Under the pieces are notes generated by a model. The model did not search any database, was not told the origin of the DNA, and saw only the letters and a program-made list of their open reading frames with translations. A DNA stretch of 64,000 bases, taken from assembly GCA_000320545.1 (NCBI GenBank), contig ADNK01001639.1:2404-66403 (forward strand). The letters are read 5' to 3'. This document shows, piece by piece, positions 25,771-39,897 of the stretch (its first letter is position 1; each line of letters begins with the position of its first letter). A program made the translations under genes and the position numbers. The stretch is from Bigelowiella natans CCMP2755. Taxonomy: Eukaryota > Protista > Cercozoa.

Positions 25771-27431
25771 ATGCGTATGTACAAAGAATGGAGAAATGAG
25801 TTTCTACTGTGTGCAACTTGCGTCAGGACTGAAAGGCGTTGTTAAGGCGCAGGGCCGGATCATCTCCATGTTCTACCATTCTCCTTCGTTCCACGCTCCC
25901 ATGACCACAATCTGGGTGGCCTCCTTCGGTATGGGGAGAAGTGAAAGAACTTGAAATCATGCATTTTGTCGCTCTTAATATTACTTTTGTCGCTTTTAGG
26001 GGGGGCGCTTCATGCTCCAGTGACTACATTCTTCTACCTTAAGCTTGGTTGTTGTCATTATCGTCGTCGTTGTCGTCGTTGTTGATGATGAAGGGGAAGA
26101 GAAGGATGGGGAAAAGGGATTCATGATGATCATGGTGAATGTTGATTATTGCACCTGCGACAACGACGAAGAGAAGCTGGCTGTGATTCTCACCACAACA
26201 ACATCGAGATCTTCAAACCACAGCTCTGTTAATCGCAAATTTTGAACAGCGCTTACACTAATCTGTTTTATGGATTGTTCCTTTTTGTTGCATGGCCGTG
26301 CACAAAGGCGCGAGCGAAATTGACATAGGTACTATAGATAAGATAGAGTGAGTTCATGTTGCGCGCGTAGGCGCAGTGATACTAGCCTGGAAATGAAACT
26401 TGATTTATACAAAGGTTGGCTTGCCTTCGTCTCCACCTTTGGATCGTTGATACTCGCTCCTGTTTACGGGTATCTAGAAGAAGAACATCTCTAGGCGATG
26501 GGAACAAAATTAGCAACTTACATTATTCTAAATATCCTCAAGATGGCTCCTTGATCGAAGAAGCGCTTATGCCGCCGTCTGCTTGTCTTGCCTGATGTGC
26601 TCATCCGGTAAACAGAGTGAGTGAGCGGAGGAAAGATACTACTTGCATCACTTCATACTATACCTAGTCCGTTTCGATCATTACACTACAGGTTGTCTCA
26701 TTCGTGGTTTTGCGTGGAGCCTACAATCGCTATTTGTAGGTCGGTGCACACGAGAAACGTCTTGATGATGGGATCTCGATGACAGTGATGCACAATAACC
26801 GATGACGATGTCGATTCTGATGAAAAAGTGGCGACGAAGATGGTCCTTGCCGTGATGCTGTTTTACATGGTGCTGCTTCATTGGTCAGCGTCGGTAGTTC
26901 TTGGCCTGGGCGCTGGAAGCTTATGGACGACTGTGTTGAGCTATGTGTCGCGTGGCTCACCAAAGGAGATGCGCTCAGCCGTTGTGAGCGGTAATTTCAT
27001 ACATCGACTGTATATATGATGACACAGATGAAGAGGCGTGCAGGTGGCTGTTCATAATCGCTGTTCCGAACAATTCGATATGATGTGACAGGGTATTTGC
27101 TGCAAGTGACGTCTCTGCGAATTATAGGCAAGAGCTTGTGAGTTACAACCAAGAATAATATTCATTGCCGCTATGAGTAGTAGTAGAAGAAGAAGAGAAA
27201 TGAAACCCGTCCTCCGTCTAACCAACTTCCATATTCTACGCCCACATTCTTCAACGTGGTTCTGATGACATAACAGGCAAAAGATGACACTCTCTGGCAC
27301 CAAATTATTTATACACTCGGCATGACACATCCCTTATAATTTTCGTCTTCATTTTGTAACTTCTCTTCCTCCCCCCCTGTGTGCGTGGTAGGTACCCTGC
27401 TTGGAACTATCTTGTGAGGGACGGGTAGTGC

Positions 27432-27473
<42 letters not shown>

Positions 27474-27644
27474 ATCATACACGTCATTCGCACCTCTTTA
27501 AACGAAGTTCTTCACTGCCGATTCTCCCCCCTTCTCTTCTTTGTTAGGCTGGGGATCGAGGATGAACTCTTGCGCTACCGCGTGCACATGGGCGTGTGCA
27601 CGGTGTTCTGTTTCTTCGGGTTTTTCAAGCTCATCAGGGCAGGT

Positions 27645-27683
<39 letters not shown>

Positions 27684-27689
27684 GTTACT

Positions 27690-27721
<32 letters not shown>

Positions 27722-29580
27722 GGTGGTGGTTATCACGCTCAGGGTATATACAAACCATATGCCGCATGCACGCCGTGAGCCTACTACGCAAGCGGCTATC
27801 AGTGCCAGACGTAATTGTTCAATTATCATTCACAACCAGGTCGCCACTCATTTGAAGTCCCTGTGGCACCGGTAGTAACCGGGGATCTAGAGGAGGACAA
27901 CACTGCAAGTGAGAAGAAGACGACGAAGCTGCCAAAAAGGCGAGGAGGATCAGACGGCAATGGCGGCGGCGGCGACGATGACGACGAGAATGCTGTGGAG
28001 CTTTCCCTCCTCTCCTCAGGTAGTCCTCTTCAAGATCATGCCCAGGCGGTACAATATGGCACTGACCATTGCCTTCGTTGCCTTCCACCACCGTGTCTTA
28101 TGCATCGATGCGTAGGAAGGAGATCGGATAGTGAGGAAGAAAGAACTGTGCCGGAGCAGCAGCAGCAGCAGCAGCAGTCGCCGCAGCGGTCATCGTCGGA
28201 TGCGTCCACCTCTGCAGAGGTCACTACAATTGCTTTGCGTATTATTCAGCTGCTGATGATCTTTCTGGCGAGAGGAGAGGACTTCACATAATACATAGCG
28301 ACGCGGCACGCACCATGTTCGCATTGCGCCCCGAACCTGCATGTGTATGGCGTCGTTTTCGCGAAGGGGCGCTTCGCTGCTCTTGCTCTTGGGCAACCTA
28401 GATTATGAGTGCGTTTGAGCTCGAGTAAGAGGCATTTCGTGCTCATCATCAGAGGAACAAGATGGTAATGGGATCGTTCGTGTTGCTGGCGGGCGCGCTA
28501 GTAATCCAGTCGATCGCGTTCACCGTAGGTACTATTCTTTGGCCCTTCTTCGTTCGGTAAGTAAGCGGGGCTAGAAATGCGGGGACGAGGTGGGCAGAGA
28601 AGAAGGGGGATATTGGTGAAGGGGAGAGAGAGGGAGGGGAAATCTGTATTCTGATGGAGACCATGTTTGGAACGTGCTTTGTCTCTAGATGCTTGCTCTC
28701 TGTTGTACGCGTTGTTGATGTACAGTTGGCTGCTAGTATTTGTTTCTCCTCTTCTACCTCCTTCCTCAATATCTGCCACCCTTTCTCCATCCACCCCTAC
28801 CACCACCATCGCAGTGATCATTTCTCGTGGGGTACCAGCGAATACTCGATCATTCTGTTCCTCTCCTCACTTGCAAGCACAGCTATGCTAGCCATTGTCA
28901 GTGTGAGCGTGCTGTATTTAGCTTCCCATAGCAGCAGCAGCGGCGGCGACGGCGTTTTATTACTACAATAAAACATCAGCTTACTCTACTGTCTGTGCTG
29001 TAGGTCCCTTTGTGCGCGAAGCAAAGGACTGCGATGAGTGCGTGTATAATAGCTGCGGTGACGGGCGTGGGCGGGTTTCTCTGCCGCGAGTCCTCGTTAT
29101 TGAGCAAGTTTTCTCACGTTGCATTCATGACCGTGTTCCTCTCCGCAACGCAGGTAAAGTGGATCGTTGTAATAGCACATATCTCTTCTTTCCTGCTATT
29201 TATAAGCTGTTCGCACCGCAATATAGGGCGTCGGCCAATGCACCAATTCTATCATCAACCAATCCGTCAATTCGCTTTTGATTCTCAACGCTTTTCGGTT
29301 CGCGCTCCTTTCCCCTGTTTTGGCAGATGCTGGATCCCATCCTCAAGTCGAGCGCAACGTTGTGTATGCCGCAGGTGGCACATGTCCCCCCCCCCCCCCC
29401 CCCCCTCCCGGATTATGTACATGGGATGAAGGGGGGGTCGCAGAATCGTAGATTTTGATTCAATTACGATATGTTCGTGTGTTGCTTGCGTGTGTTTGTA
29501 AGGTCGCGCAAGGACGTTCGTTCGGCGTACTAGCTACTCTGACAGCCATAGGGTATAGTGCTAGGTGACAGTTTGGTTTA

Positions 29581-29639
<59 letters not shown>

Positions 29640-29888
29640 AATGGAGTAGTACCTAGTGCCACCACCGAAGACCCACTTCTCACCATCATCCTGGTCACCT
29701 TCTCTGTGTTTGTTATTCTCAGGCAAATGGTTGGCAATATAGCAGGCCCTCACCTGTACACTGCGTCGAAAGACAGGGGCTGGGTAGTAATACTACGAAT
29801 TGGTGTTGTAGACAACTGGTGTTTGCTTTATATCTAATATTAATACCACTACCGCTGCTGATAACCACTACAATGAAAAGTATACATA

Positions 29889-29926
<38 letters not shown>

Positions 29927-30088
29927 GATAATTCGGTCCCTCTGGTTGCGGTGGGGGCGCTGATGATTTGCGGTTGCGCGATGACAGCGATGGCCAAGCT
30001 AGAAACCGACGTGTGTGTACTAGGCGTTGATGACAATACGCAGAGGAGTAAAGAGCAGCGACACGTATACCTCCTATATAATTTTTGA
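25548..30088 (+). CDS. Major facilitator superfamily (MFS) transporter, multi-exon
   Basis: Spliced exons give TIWVASF/GGALHAPVTTFFYLKL/GASEIDI/GWLAFVSTFGSLILAPVY/GWLLDRRS (motif A-like), ASVVLGLGAGSLWTTVLSYVSRGSPKEMRSAVVS, further hydrophobic exons at 28.4-29.8 kb, and a probable last exon DNSVPLVAVGALMICG... with TGA at 30086-30088. Start approximate. Confidence 0.85.
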
Positions 30089-30510
30089 CTCAATGCGGAA
30101 AAACCTTCCTCCATTTCTGTTAGTTCTAATTTATTTCTACCTTTTCTTTTGCAAAGAAGATGAGTGAAACAAGAGTTGATGCTCATTCCATTTCATGTTT
30201 CTTCATCCGTTTCATTTCAGATTTGAGGCGAGATTGAGATAAACTTCTAATTGTATCCATCCGTATAACTTTCTCTCAGCTGGAGGAGTTAAGAATTGCA
30301 CGCTACAATCCTCTAATCCCGAAGCGTCTCGATAAGGAAAATTAAATGTTGACTCTTTTCGGTTCGCTTCGGCTTCGCAGACTCAATGTACTCGTCACGG
30401 AAGCTGGTTGTGCAACGCTGTGAATGTACGGCCAAGAAGTAGATGCTTTATTCATGTGTGCGGCGCTCATTTATCCATCACAGAAGCCAAACAGTTTGAG
30501 CGCGCGCGCG

Positions 30511-30558
<48 letters not shown>

Positions 30559-31217
30559 ATGCGTTCTTATGTGCTTGCATGTGTTTAAAATCACATGATG
30601 TGCTAAGCCTGTCTAGCTGTAATCGTTGTGCGCGCCCAAATTTACTTGTGATCCTTTGCATCCGCATGCTATTGCGATTATGACTATAGTCATTCCATTT
30701 GGATAAATACATCCCCATTGCAGCAGTGCTGTATAGTATGCTTCAAACAGCTCATCATAGCTCATTGACGGTGTATGTGTGCTTTCAAGACACATGATCA
30801 TGTGATGATTGAAGGAATTGTATTCCTTTCTAGCTTTACACACGGTGTCAATTGGGCGCACCGCTTATGACTCATACTTGTAATACCCCACCACTTTTTT
30901 TGTTTTACAAACTAAATTGTGCATTTTCTTCGAGAATCAACCCATCACACACTTATTTGTTCACGCTGATGATATGGGACATCGTCGATTCACGCCGAAT
31001 TAAGGGCAGAATGTAGTGTCGTGACGTCACATGTATGTCTAGATGAGCGTCAGTAGCAGCGATGAAGCCCGACTGTGCAAAGGACAAGTCACACACATGC
31101 ATGATGTGAGAGATTGCTTTTCAAATTAAAAGTCCTTGGCGTAGCATATTCAGTTTTCACATGCCTACAAATGATGCAATGATGGATCAAATTGCATGGA
31201 ACTCACGTGGGCTCTAT

Positions 31218-32473
31218 CTAATCGTGTTTTCGAATTTTGAGGCCAGATCGAAACAACTTGAAGGCTTGCCACGCCCTTCTAGCTCTTTCGTAGTCATTAC
31301 GAGGAATCAGTTTGAAGGACCCAAACAGTTTCTCATACATCCACATAATAGAGATAATGGTATCCTTGCTTAGAGACTGGGAGGCTTGGCATATCTGTGC
31401 AAAATTTTGACGAAACTAATGATGAAAATTAAAATTATTCATGATTAGATGACGCATATAGAATAAGTTGATACCTTTTCAGCTTGTTGATGTAACGGCA
31501 ATACTTGTCCACAGTTGTTCCATCCAACTACTAAGTGTCGAATGCAACGCCGCTCAAGCCTTTGCAACCCGAACCGGCTAGCAAGTCTGTGTAAATAAAA
31601 GTAACACAGTATGTTTTCGTTGCTCAGGTATGGTAGAAAAACAGTTGTGGAGACTGTTTACTTACAACTTACTTCAACGTGTTCAAATCGACGAGGTTTT
31701 TTCCAATGAGTAGTTCTTCTATGGACTCAACAACAGAATTGACCGAGTACCGGGACGCGAGAAAGAGTAACCCCGTAGCAACAGAGAGAAAATATTCATT
31801 ATTTTCATTGTTTTGTGTAGGAATTAAGTGCGAAACTTTGACAGCCGGATAGAGCGACCTGGTTAGTTACATCAGTACTGAAAGACATTCAATCGATGCA
31901 CATATTCGGTTGGAATCTGTTAGAGTGCCTGTAACAACGCGAAGTTGTTCAATGTTCGGTGTTGGACATGGTACCTGAGAAATAGTTTCCACGATGAAAG
32001 ATCGACGTCAGGCCCCTTCAGATCCTCGTCGCAGTTTAGTTCTATGCAGCCTTCATTATCACAAATCAAGTCTCGAAATTTTGCGGAGGCACTGACGAGC
32101 ACAAGCTTGTGCGTCTGCAACACCTTCCCACCAACCAAAATGACGAAGTCTTTCTTGATCTCACGCGGTCCAAATCGTATCTCTTTTTCGACTTTATTCG
32201 ATAGGTTTGGTTTTTCTTACGGCTTCACATCAATCTCATGTTCTACTTTCAGTCTCTTTTTCCTCCGCTCTGCTACGTTCATTGCTGCTCCTGCTTGGAG
32301 AGGTGGTATGCCTGGGCTGACACGCTTGAGCGAACTGTGGGAAGTAGAAGCGATGGCTCAATAGGGCCGTTATACTGAATAGCGGGTGATCGAAGGAGGG
32401 CACAATTCTCTGTCATGTCTGCGGCTCCATCCAAAATCGAACAATTAAGCTTCGTTTCGCGCGGATCGTCCAT
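31218..32473 (-). CDS. BTB/POZ-domain protein (paralog A), possibly a nonsense allele or pseudogene
   Basis: RFGPREIKKDFVILVGGKVLQTHKLVLVSASAKFRDLI (BTB) is followed by spliced exons SLYPAV...LLFLASRYSVNSVVESIEELLI/LASRFGLQRL.../ICQASQSLSKDT...IPRNDYERARRAW, ending TAG at 31218. There is an in-frame TAA at 32217-32219 upstream of the BTB domain. Start tentative. Confidence 0.75.
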
Positions 32474-33352
32474 TATTTCAGGGCATTAAATTTGTCGATC
32501 TACGTACGCAGTCTCGAAACCATCACAGATAAACCAGATCATAGCTTAATGATGACTAGAAGACGATAACGGGGCTATCATGCCATAGAAACGGAAGGTG
32601 TAACAGCTCTTTCACGGCGCGTTTCGAGGAGTCCAGACGACACATTTTCAAGAAGGTCAAATCATCAAATCACAGATCATGTACCACCTGCACGCACACA
32701 CGTGATTGTTGACAATGTTGATGCAGAGTTGATGGCGGTCCGAGCATCATCATCAAATTGTGAGAGCACTAGTCTGCGTCACCAGTGTCTACGCCTTCGA
32801 TTAATTCGCTGGAAAAATAGGATTTCTCCGCGTGTAATGATCGTGCGACAACCTCTTGTGCATGTCGCGCAAGTGCGTCCCCCGTTGTCGTGTCAGCGTG
32901 CAAATCACAGCTGTCAAAACTACAAGAGACGACGAGCACTCCTTCGGAGATGAAACTCGGAGAATTCTCCGGTGCGACAACACATTCGAATCGGAATTCG
33001 AGCGTGCATTCGTGAGTCCCGCGCGAAGTGTTCGCGGCAGGTCTTGCGCCAATGCAAGAAACACGGCATCAATGCGTTGTCGCAGGGACAGAACGCACGG
33101 GCAATCCTTCTTTTCCTGACCCGTCGTCTGTCTGTCGCATCGCTCGTCGAAGTAAAGCACATCAAATGATAGCGCCCCGATGACGATGACGATGACGGTG
33201 ACGATGATGATGAGGATGATGACGCTGATTAATGATGACGGGAAGTAACCAGAAATAGCAGACCCAATAATAAAACATACCTCCTTGTCAACTCTTCCCT
33301 GCGAACACACCTAGACTACCACACTTCCTCGTCAACACAAGCCACACTGCTC

Positions 33353-34644
33353 ATGCATCCTTCCACAAGGAAAAACACCCCCAGGAAGCCCCAAAGCCTC
33401 GCCGGCAAGGTGCTCCCGCTTTGTGCATCGACGAACATCGGACTCAAGAGAAGAGCAGCTATTTCGGGGAATGAAAACGCATCTACGAGGAAGAGGCAGA
33501 AACAGAAGGAGGAGGGGGTTGTGAAGGAGGACGAGGAAGACTGCCGTTTCGGCCCCCGAGAGATTCCTACTGACTTCACCTTCCGTGTGGCTGGGCATGC
33601 ATTGAGGACGCACAAACTGATTCTTTTAAGTGTTTCCCCTGTGTTTCGAGCTATGCTGCATGGAGAGGCAGACTGCGAGGAACTGAGCTGCAATGAGGAC
33701 GTCAAGGAGCTTGGCGTGGATGAGCACACCTGGTCTATGTTCTTGCAGTTGCTGTATCCTGGCACCCGTCTCCAGGATGTTGTCCCTCTGCATGTCGATG
33801 GCTGCTTTAGGAAGGAAGTGGTGAATGCGATTCTATACTTGGCTTTTAAATACTCCGTGACCTCGCTTGTTGATAGTATGGAATCGTTGCTTATATCCGA
33901 AAGAAGCCCCGTGGACGTCGATATGCTTCGGTAATTAAAAGCAAAAGAGGAGAAACGTCGTTTCGACAATATAAGTCATTTAAAATATGTTCCTGGGCCC
34001 TTGAATTCAGTTTCTTCTAGAGATGATTAATTCCAACGAATGACGACTACAGTTGAACTTATCCCATCCTCGTCTTATTTCCTCTATAGGATGGCGTCTC
34101 GGTATCACATGAAGAGATATACACAATACTGTATCGAAACTCTCATTCCCGGAGTCATCTATCAAAGGCAGAGCAGTGGCCATGCGAACAGGCTCCTGTC
34201 ATCTGGCGTTAGAGATGGCGGAAATGGCAGCTTTGCTAGGGTCAGCACGCACATTTATGTACCCAACGATTAGTGCTTCGCTGAGTATTTGTGGTTCCTC
34301 TTGATAAAGAGCATGTGAATATCAAAATGTTCAATGTGGTACATGACAGTCATCTCACGCTCTTTCTGTCGATAACACAGGAGGTCAGCCTGATTTGCAA
34401 AGAATCGAAGAGCCTTAGCAAAGAGACAGTAGTTGCGGTTCTTCATCGATGCGGCCAAGTCTTTGGGTCCTACCGCCTCGTTCCGCGGCAGGATTTCGAA
34501 CGAGCACGTGTCGCATGGGAGATACTCAAGGAGACGACTTCTTCCCGGTTGTGCACAAAATGTCTTGCAGAGGAGCACTCTGTTTCGGAGACTGACAATG
34601 ACCGGGACAGCGATGGCGGCCAAGGCCGAGATCAGCATCATTGA
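33353..34644 (+). CDS. BTB/POZ-domain protein (paralog B), 3 exons
   Basis: ORF 33353.. contains RFGPREIPTDFTFRVAGHALRTHKLILLSVSPVFRAML. Phase-consistent introns lead to MASRYHMKRY... and EVSLICKESKSLSKET...VPRQDFERARVAW, with the stop at 34644. Confidence 0.88.
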
Positions 34645-34799
34645 AAAACGATGAAGTGTTCTAACGAATCCCCGATAACTGAACGTAGCTGCATGAGTAA
34701 AACTGATTCGCTAGCCATTTGCACAGATCAACAAAAAAGGTTCCGAACTGCCGATGTGTAGTGAGTTCAAACACCGCTGTTCATGATTGTTGTCTTCCC

Positions 34800-35600
34800 G
34801 TCATCAGTGGGAATCTGGCATTTGCGCTTTGCTGGGATGATCATTAGGTGTTGCGCAATGTGGTTGCATGACACAGTGTAGCTCTTTGTGCTTCACGAAT
34901 GGTTGCGTCGTTTGTCGTTCCAGTCCGCGCTGGCCCATGTTTCTTCGCCATGCATGCAATGAGACTTGCACACGACAAGAACGGACAAAGTGCATGTGCA
35001 GTCTTGGCGTTGCAATGAACTTCTGTTGGCTAGCACACGCGTGTGACTCCGCACCGCATATTCTGTCGTTGGCTACGTCTCATTAGCGACATGTTCAGCG
35101 CATGTGTGATGAGAGGTGGCGAGCGCAGAGAAATCATGGCACTGCACACAGCTAGACAGTGGTGAGCACAGCGCGCAGGCACCTGCCTACGTTGCTGTGC
35201 ACACGACAGTGCACTTCACGCCATGCACAAAACACCAAGTCGTCGTGCGACGAATCTCTCATTTGATTCATTCATTTTCTAGCGCCACGTAGGCTTGAGC
35301 TCTGATGTACATGTCTTTGCTGTGACAATGATGAGATGAGATCATGCGTGCATGCGGTAGCAGCAGATCATGATCCACAGGAATCTTTGACTACCCACTC
35401 CGTAGTGACGAGATTGCCTTGTTCAGTTTTGTTGCCTGGTGAAACACATCACTACTCACTGAATGCTACTCGGTCATTGTCATGAAGCCCATCATTGTGC
35501 ATTAGAATCCTGTGCGACCTGGCCATATGGCAGACCGATTTGAAGCATGTGCTGAATTGTCACGCTCATCAATGCCTCGCCATCGAACTAGATGAACGAA
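34800..35600. other. TpA-depleted intergenic tract between convergent genes
   Basis: Remaining TA are almost all in CTA/TAG context, with about 3 exceptions. The tract is TG/CA-rich. Confidence 0.85.
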
Positions 35601-35737
35601 TAGACGACAAATAACAAACAGCGGAGGAGAGAATCAACGATAACAATGGCGGCAATCTGCGGTTGGAGTAACAAGCTAGCCGGTAATAGGGGAAGGGAGA
35701 AATCACCTGCTCTCTCGACAGCGTGGACAGCGTTTCA

Positions 35738-37123
35738 TCACGGATCTTTTTGATATTCAATAGGCAAGCGGTTCATGCACGCGACGAAAATTCCATGCGG
35801 AAATATCGCAGAGGCAATGACATATAAATACTTTATGAACACTCGCAGGGTGTAATCTAAAACTCTCAGGAAGCTTGATAAAGCATTTTCAGTGAGAATC
35901 ATAATGGCGATGGCGGTGGTTTCTAGTATGATCACGTGTTGCTTTCCTCACGATTACTTGGAATGAAGATTGCACGTGTCGCAGCCATGCTTGCACGTCC
36001 CTTTGCCCCCATGCCGTAACTTAGTAGAAGACAATCGCTATGTCAGGAGAATGAGGAGCAATATTGCAATATTACTGCGGACGAGAGGGTGACGACGATG
36101 TTGATGATGATAATGCGATCTTGACGACGAAGACAAATCTCTCGCGGGTGGGGGGGGGCAATTTCTACTTCTACCTTTCAGGTCTGGCTGCGTCTTCGCT
36201 GCAGCCTTTTTTGAATTCTCGAAAAGCATCGACTCCAGATTGTGGCCTCTGCAGGATAGAAGAGGAAAAGGCATTGAAGAGCACGGATCATCACGGGAGG
36301 GTAGTCAAATATTGTCAGTTTGACCGGAAGGTAAAAAACCAAAATAGCCTCTAGTAATCTTTTGTAAATCAGGGAACAGAAAGTATGTTGGTGCATGCAT
36401 CCACGCTCCGTCTCCGTGTGTGAGAGTGCTCAATGAATCAATCGAATACAAAGAAACCGGACAGAAAATAGGTTTAGAGCGTACCCTCTTCTGCTGCCGC
36501 TGGTTCTTCTCCAACCAGGCGATTTGAAGGTGACCTGACACACCATTCCATGCTCAAACAAAAGTAATCGTACTGGGGACAGCGAGCGAGAGCGAAGAAT
36601 CAAGGCGGCGGTGGGGGGGGGCAAGTAGAAGAACACGTATACATTCACGCATTTTATATGGAATAAACCTGGCCTCTGATGCTCTCTACCATTTCCATAC
36701 TACCCTCCCTGTAGTGAAAAGGCAAGCATAAGAATGGCCGATGGGGCGGCACCGCACGTAATACACAGATACTCTCATGCTATGGAAAGAAAGGGAGAGA
36801 ACAGGAGAGGAATCAAGGGAGGGGGGGAGGAAGGGAGAAAGCGAGGGGGAAAGAGTTATTTCTTGCTCGCTCTTTCAAGGAGAAGGACCTTTGATTGTCT
36901 TTTCGGATGTTGTCGGCGTGATCATTATCACCATTTGCAGCAACGTTATTATCATCATCGTCATCCTCGCTCCTCTTCATTCTTTGAGGCGAGTCAAGGG
37001 CGCTCGGCCCTGTAGATAGACACAATGTATACGAATCCAAAACCGAACTTACGACAGCAGCATGTGGCAACGATTACGATTTTGTACTAAAGCATTCTGT
37101 ATTCACGGCACACCAAATCACTG

Positions 37124-37171
<48 letters not shown>

Positions 37172-37325
37172 CGCGCGCGCGCGCGCGCGTACAATCATCC
37201 AGACAAACTATTAGAAGGCAAATCACCAGAGTTGACAAGCTCCATGATCCTGCGGTCGAGCTCCTCTTCGCGGGCTGTGATGTGAGATCATGCAAGTCGT
37301 TCAGCACCAGACGGCAATGAACAGT

Positions 37326-37363
<38 letters not shown>

Positions 37364-38104
37364 GACTGTGGGCTCTTATGGGAAAACTCCATCATCATCA
37401 TCATCGTCGTCGTCGTCGTCGTCATCATCAGCATCATCATTAGGATTAGCAGAAGGAGAAATTGGAGAAATCGTGTGGTTTATTCTGATAGTCAGGGAGG
37501 CAAACCTAGATCTGCAGGCCCATGCTGCGCATTGTCATCATCGTCATCATCGTCATCGCCCTCTTCATCTTCCGTCCTTCCTCTCGCTAGTCCTGCTGAT
37601 GATGGCTCTTTACCCCCCCCCCCCATCCTGCCCTTGGCGCCGTCTTTGCTACCTCCTGTAGTAAGAGTGGAAGTTTCCCCGATGTCTGATAGCAGTCCGT
37701 CGCTTAACACTCTCCCCGTGCTGTCATCGCCAGCTAGCCTATCACGCCGATGCTGCTGCTGCTGCTGCTGTCGCTGCTGCCGAAGCAGACGTGGATGAAA
37801 TCGATGAAGATTTCCCGCGCTGAGCCCCCCGCTATTAAGGTCGTCGGGAGGATCATTGGTTGTCGTTAGGAACTGATCTGTTAGGCTGCTTATTGAATTT
37901 TGCTGCTGCTGCTGCTGCTGCTGCTTTACTTTCGCCTGGTCTGGCTTTTGTTGTTGTTGTAGTGGTAGTTGTTGTTGTGAGAGAGTGTTCGTCAGAGAGG
38001 AGGAGGAAGGGAGGAGGAGGTTGCTACTATCAGCATTGGTCATCACGCTCGTTCGCCACTGGGCCAGCTCTTCCAGCTCGGCCTGCTCATCAGGGAAATT
38101 GCAC

Positions 38105-38141
<37 letters not shown>

Positions 38142-39065
38142 CACAATTACATAGTAAGAGGGAAAAGGATGATAGCGCCGTTCTGGGTGGGGGGGGGAAG
38201 CCAAAATTGCAAAAGACAACCTTCCTTATCAGGTGCATCGGCTTAGACCTGCGTAACATCACCACAAACACGGGAGAAATTTTCAGCAGGGAGAGTGAGC
38301 AATCCCTTCTAGTGATAACTCGGATGGACTCATAACCTAAGATTCTTCGGGTGGATGAGGCTGTGAGCCTGGACGCTGGGATCCAACACCTGGCAACAGC
38401 GTATTGGCGGCACGAGCAATTCATTCAGATGCGACCGCATTCTGTCCACAATCTTAATTTCTGACGGCGCGCAGGTAGGAAGCAGCGGAGAACCTGCACT
38501 TGGAAGAACCCGTCCCTCTCCTCCCTTTCAATGACGCACGGGACCCACATATCTTCGTATGGAATGGGGAAGAAGAGCATATATAGTCACAACACAAACA
38601 ACACACGCACGCACACACACACACTCACACACACACACACACTCACACAAACTAGTTTGAGCACCCACGCACAACCTCCGGCGCCACTCCAAATGCTACC
38701 TGTTGGGCGTTGCTGCGAATCCAGCACGCGGACCTCGGAATATACCTAAAAAAAATAGCTCCAGAATTCGGTTCACGTGCAGCTTCAAAAATGAGCGAGC
38801 CTTCTCACAGGTCAGACTGTGAGCTGGTGCTGCCCCCGACTGACTACACAGAATCGCGTGGCGGATGGTGAAGCTTACGTTGAGGTCGCCGATGTACAAG
38901 ACCCCCACCGGATCAAATGCAAGCTACCCACCCCCCGCCATCGGCGTGATTGACGGCGAGAGACGTGGCCAAAACGGCGTGTAACAATTCAAAGAAGGGA
39001 AGAACACAGAAACAGATAGTACCAAGATATTAGTGCATGCTCTATATTTTCATCATTGATGGGTG

Positions 39066-39100
<35 letters not shown>

Positions 39101-39859
39101 GTTTCTACAATCATCCATTCAAAGCGTACTCCGTAAGGCGTATGGAACAATGCCCTCTCGCGCCACCCGTCAGCATGTCCCAGCATTCGCCTTCTCAATC
39201 AACACGACGACGACAACGACAACGACAACAACAACAACAACAACAACAACACAATATAATACAGCCATCAGCATATCTCCAGATTCTAATGATCTCTATC
39301 TGAAATGAATGAGCGTGCGGTGCAACTTGCGCGCGCGTTTTATGGTATCTTTACATCATGCTGGTTGATCTGCTTATAGAGAGCGTCTCTTCGTGTTGCT
39401 GCCCCTCCCCCCTCCTCATCCTCCTCCTCCTCGTCGGATGTAACGCTTCCTGGCCAGCTCCTACTACCACTGTCGCTACGCCTTCAGGTGTGATTTTCCT
39501 GGATAAATTAAGGGTTACCGAGGTGTTAGAGTAGTCGAAGAAAAAGAGGAAAAGAAGAAGAAGAAGAAGAAGAAGAAAAGGAAGGGGGCGAGGAAGCAGA
39601 ACATATTGAGGAACAAGCGTGGAGCTCTTGACCTCGCGGCTTCGGAATCACTTCCCCACTCTCATATCGTTGTCAGGATATTTTCTTACTCGCTCACTAC
39701 TACGCAATGAAAGGTTGATAGTGGCGCTACCTAATACGCCTCCCCCGTGCTTCTGACACGTACAAGTTCCCCGAGGGGTCTAGAGCTAGCCTGGAATTGT
39801 TAAGTGGGATGAGCAAGCGTTTAAGAGAGTGAACGATAGTTAGTGGCCGAAGATAAAAG

Positions 39860-39897
<38 letters not shown>

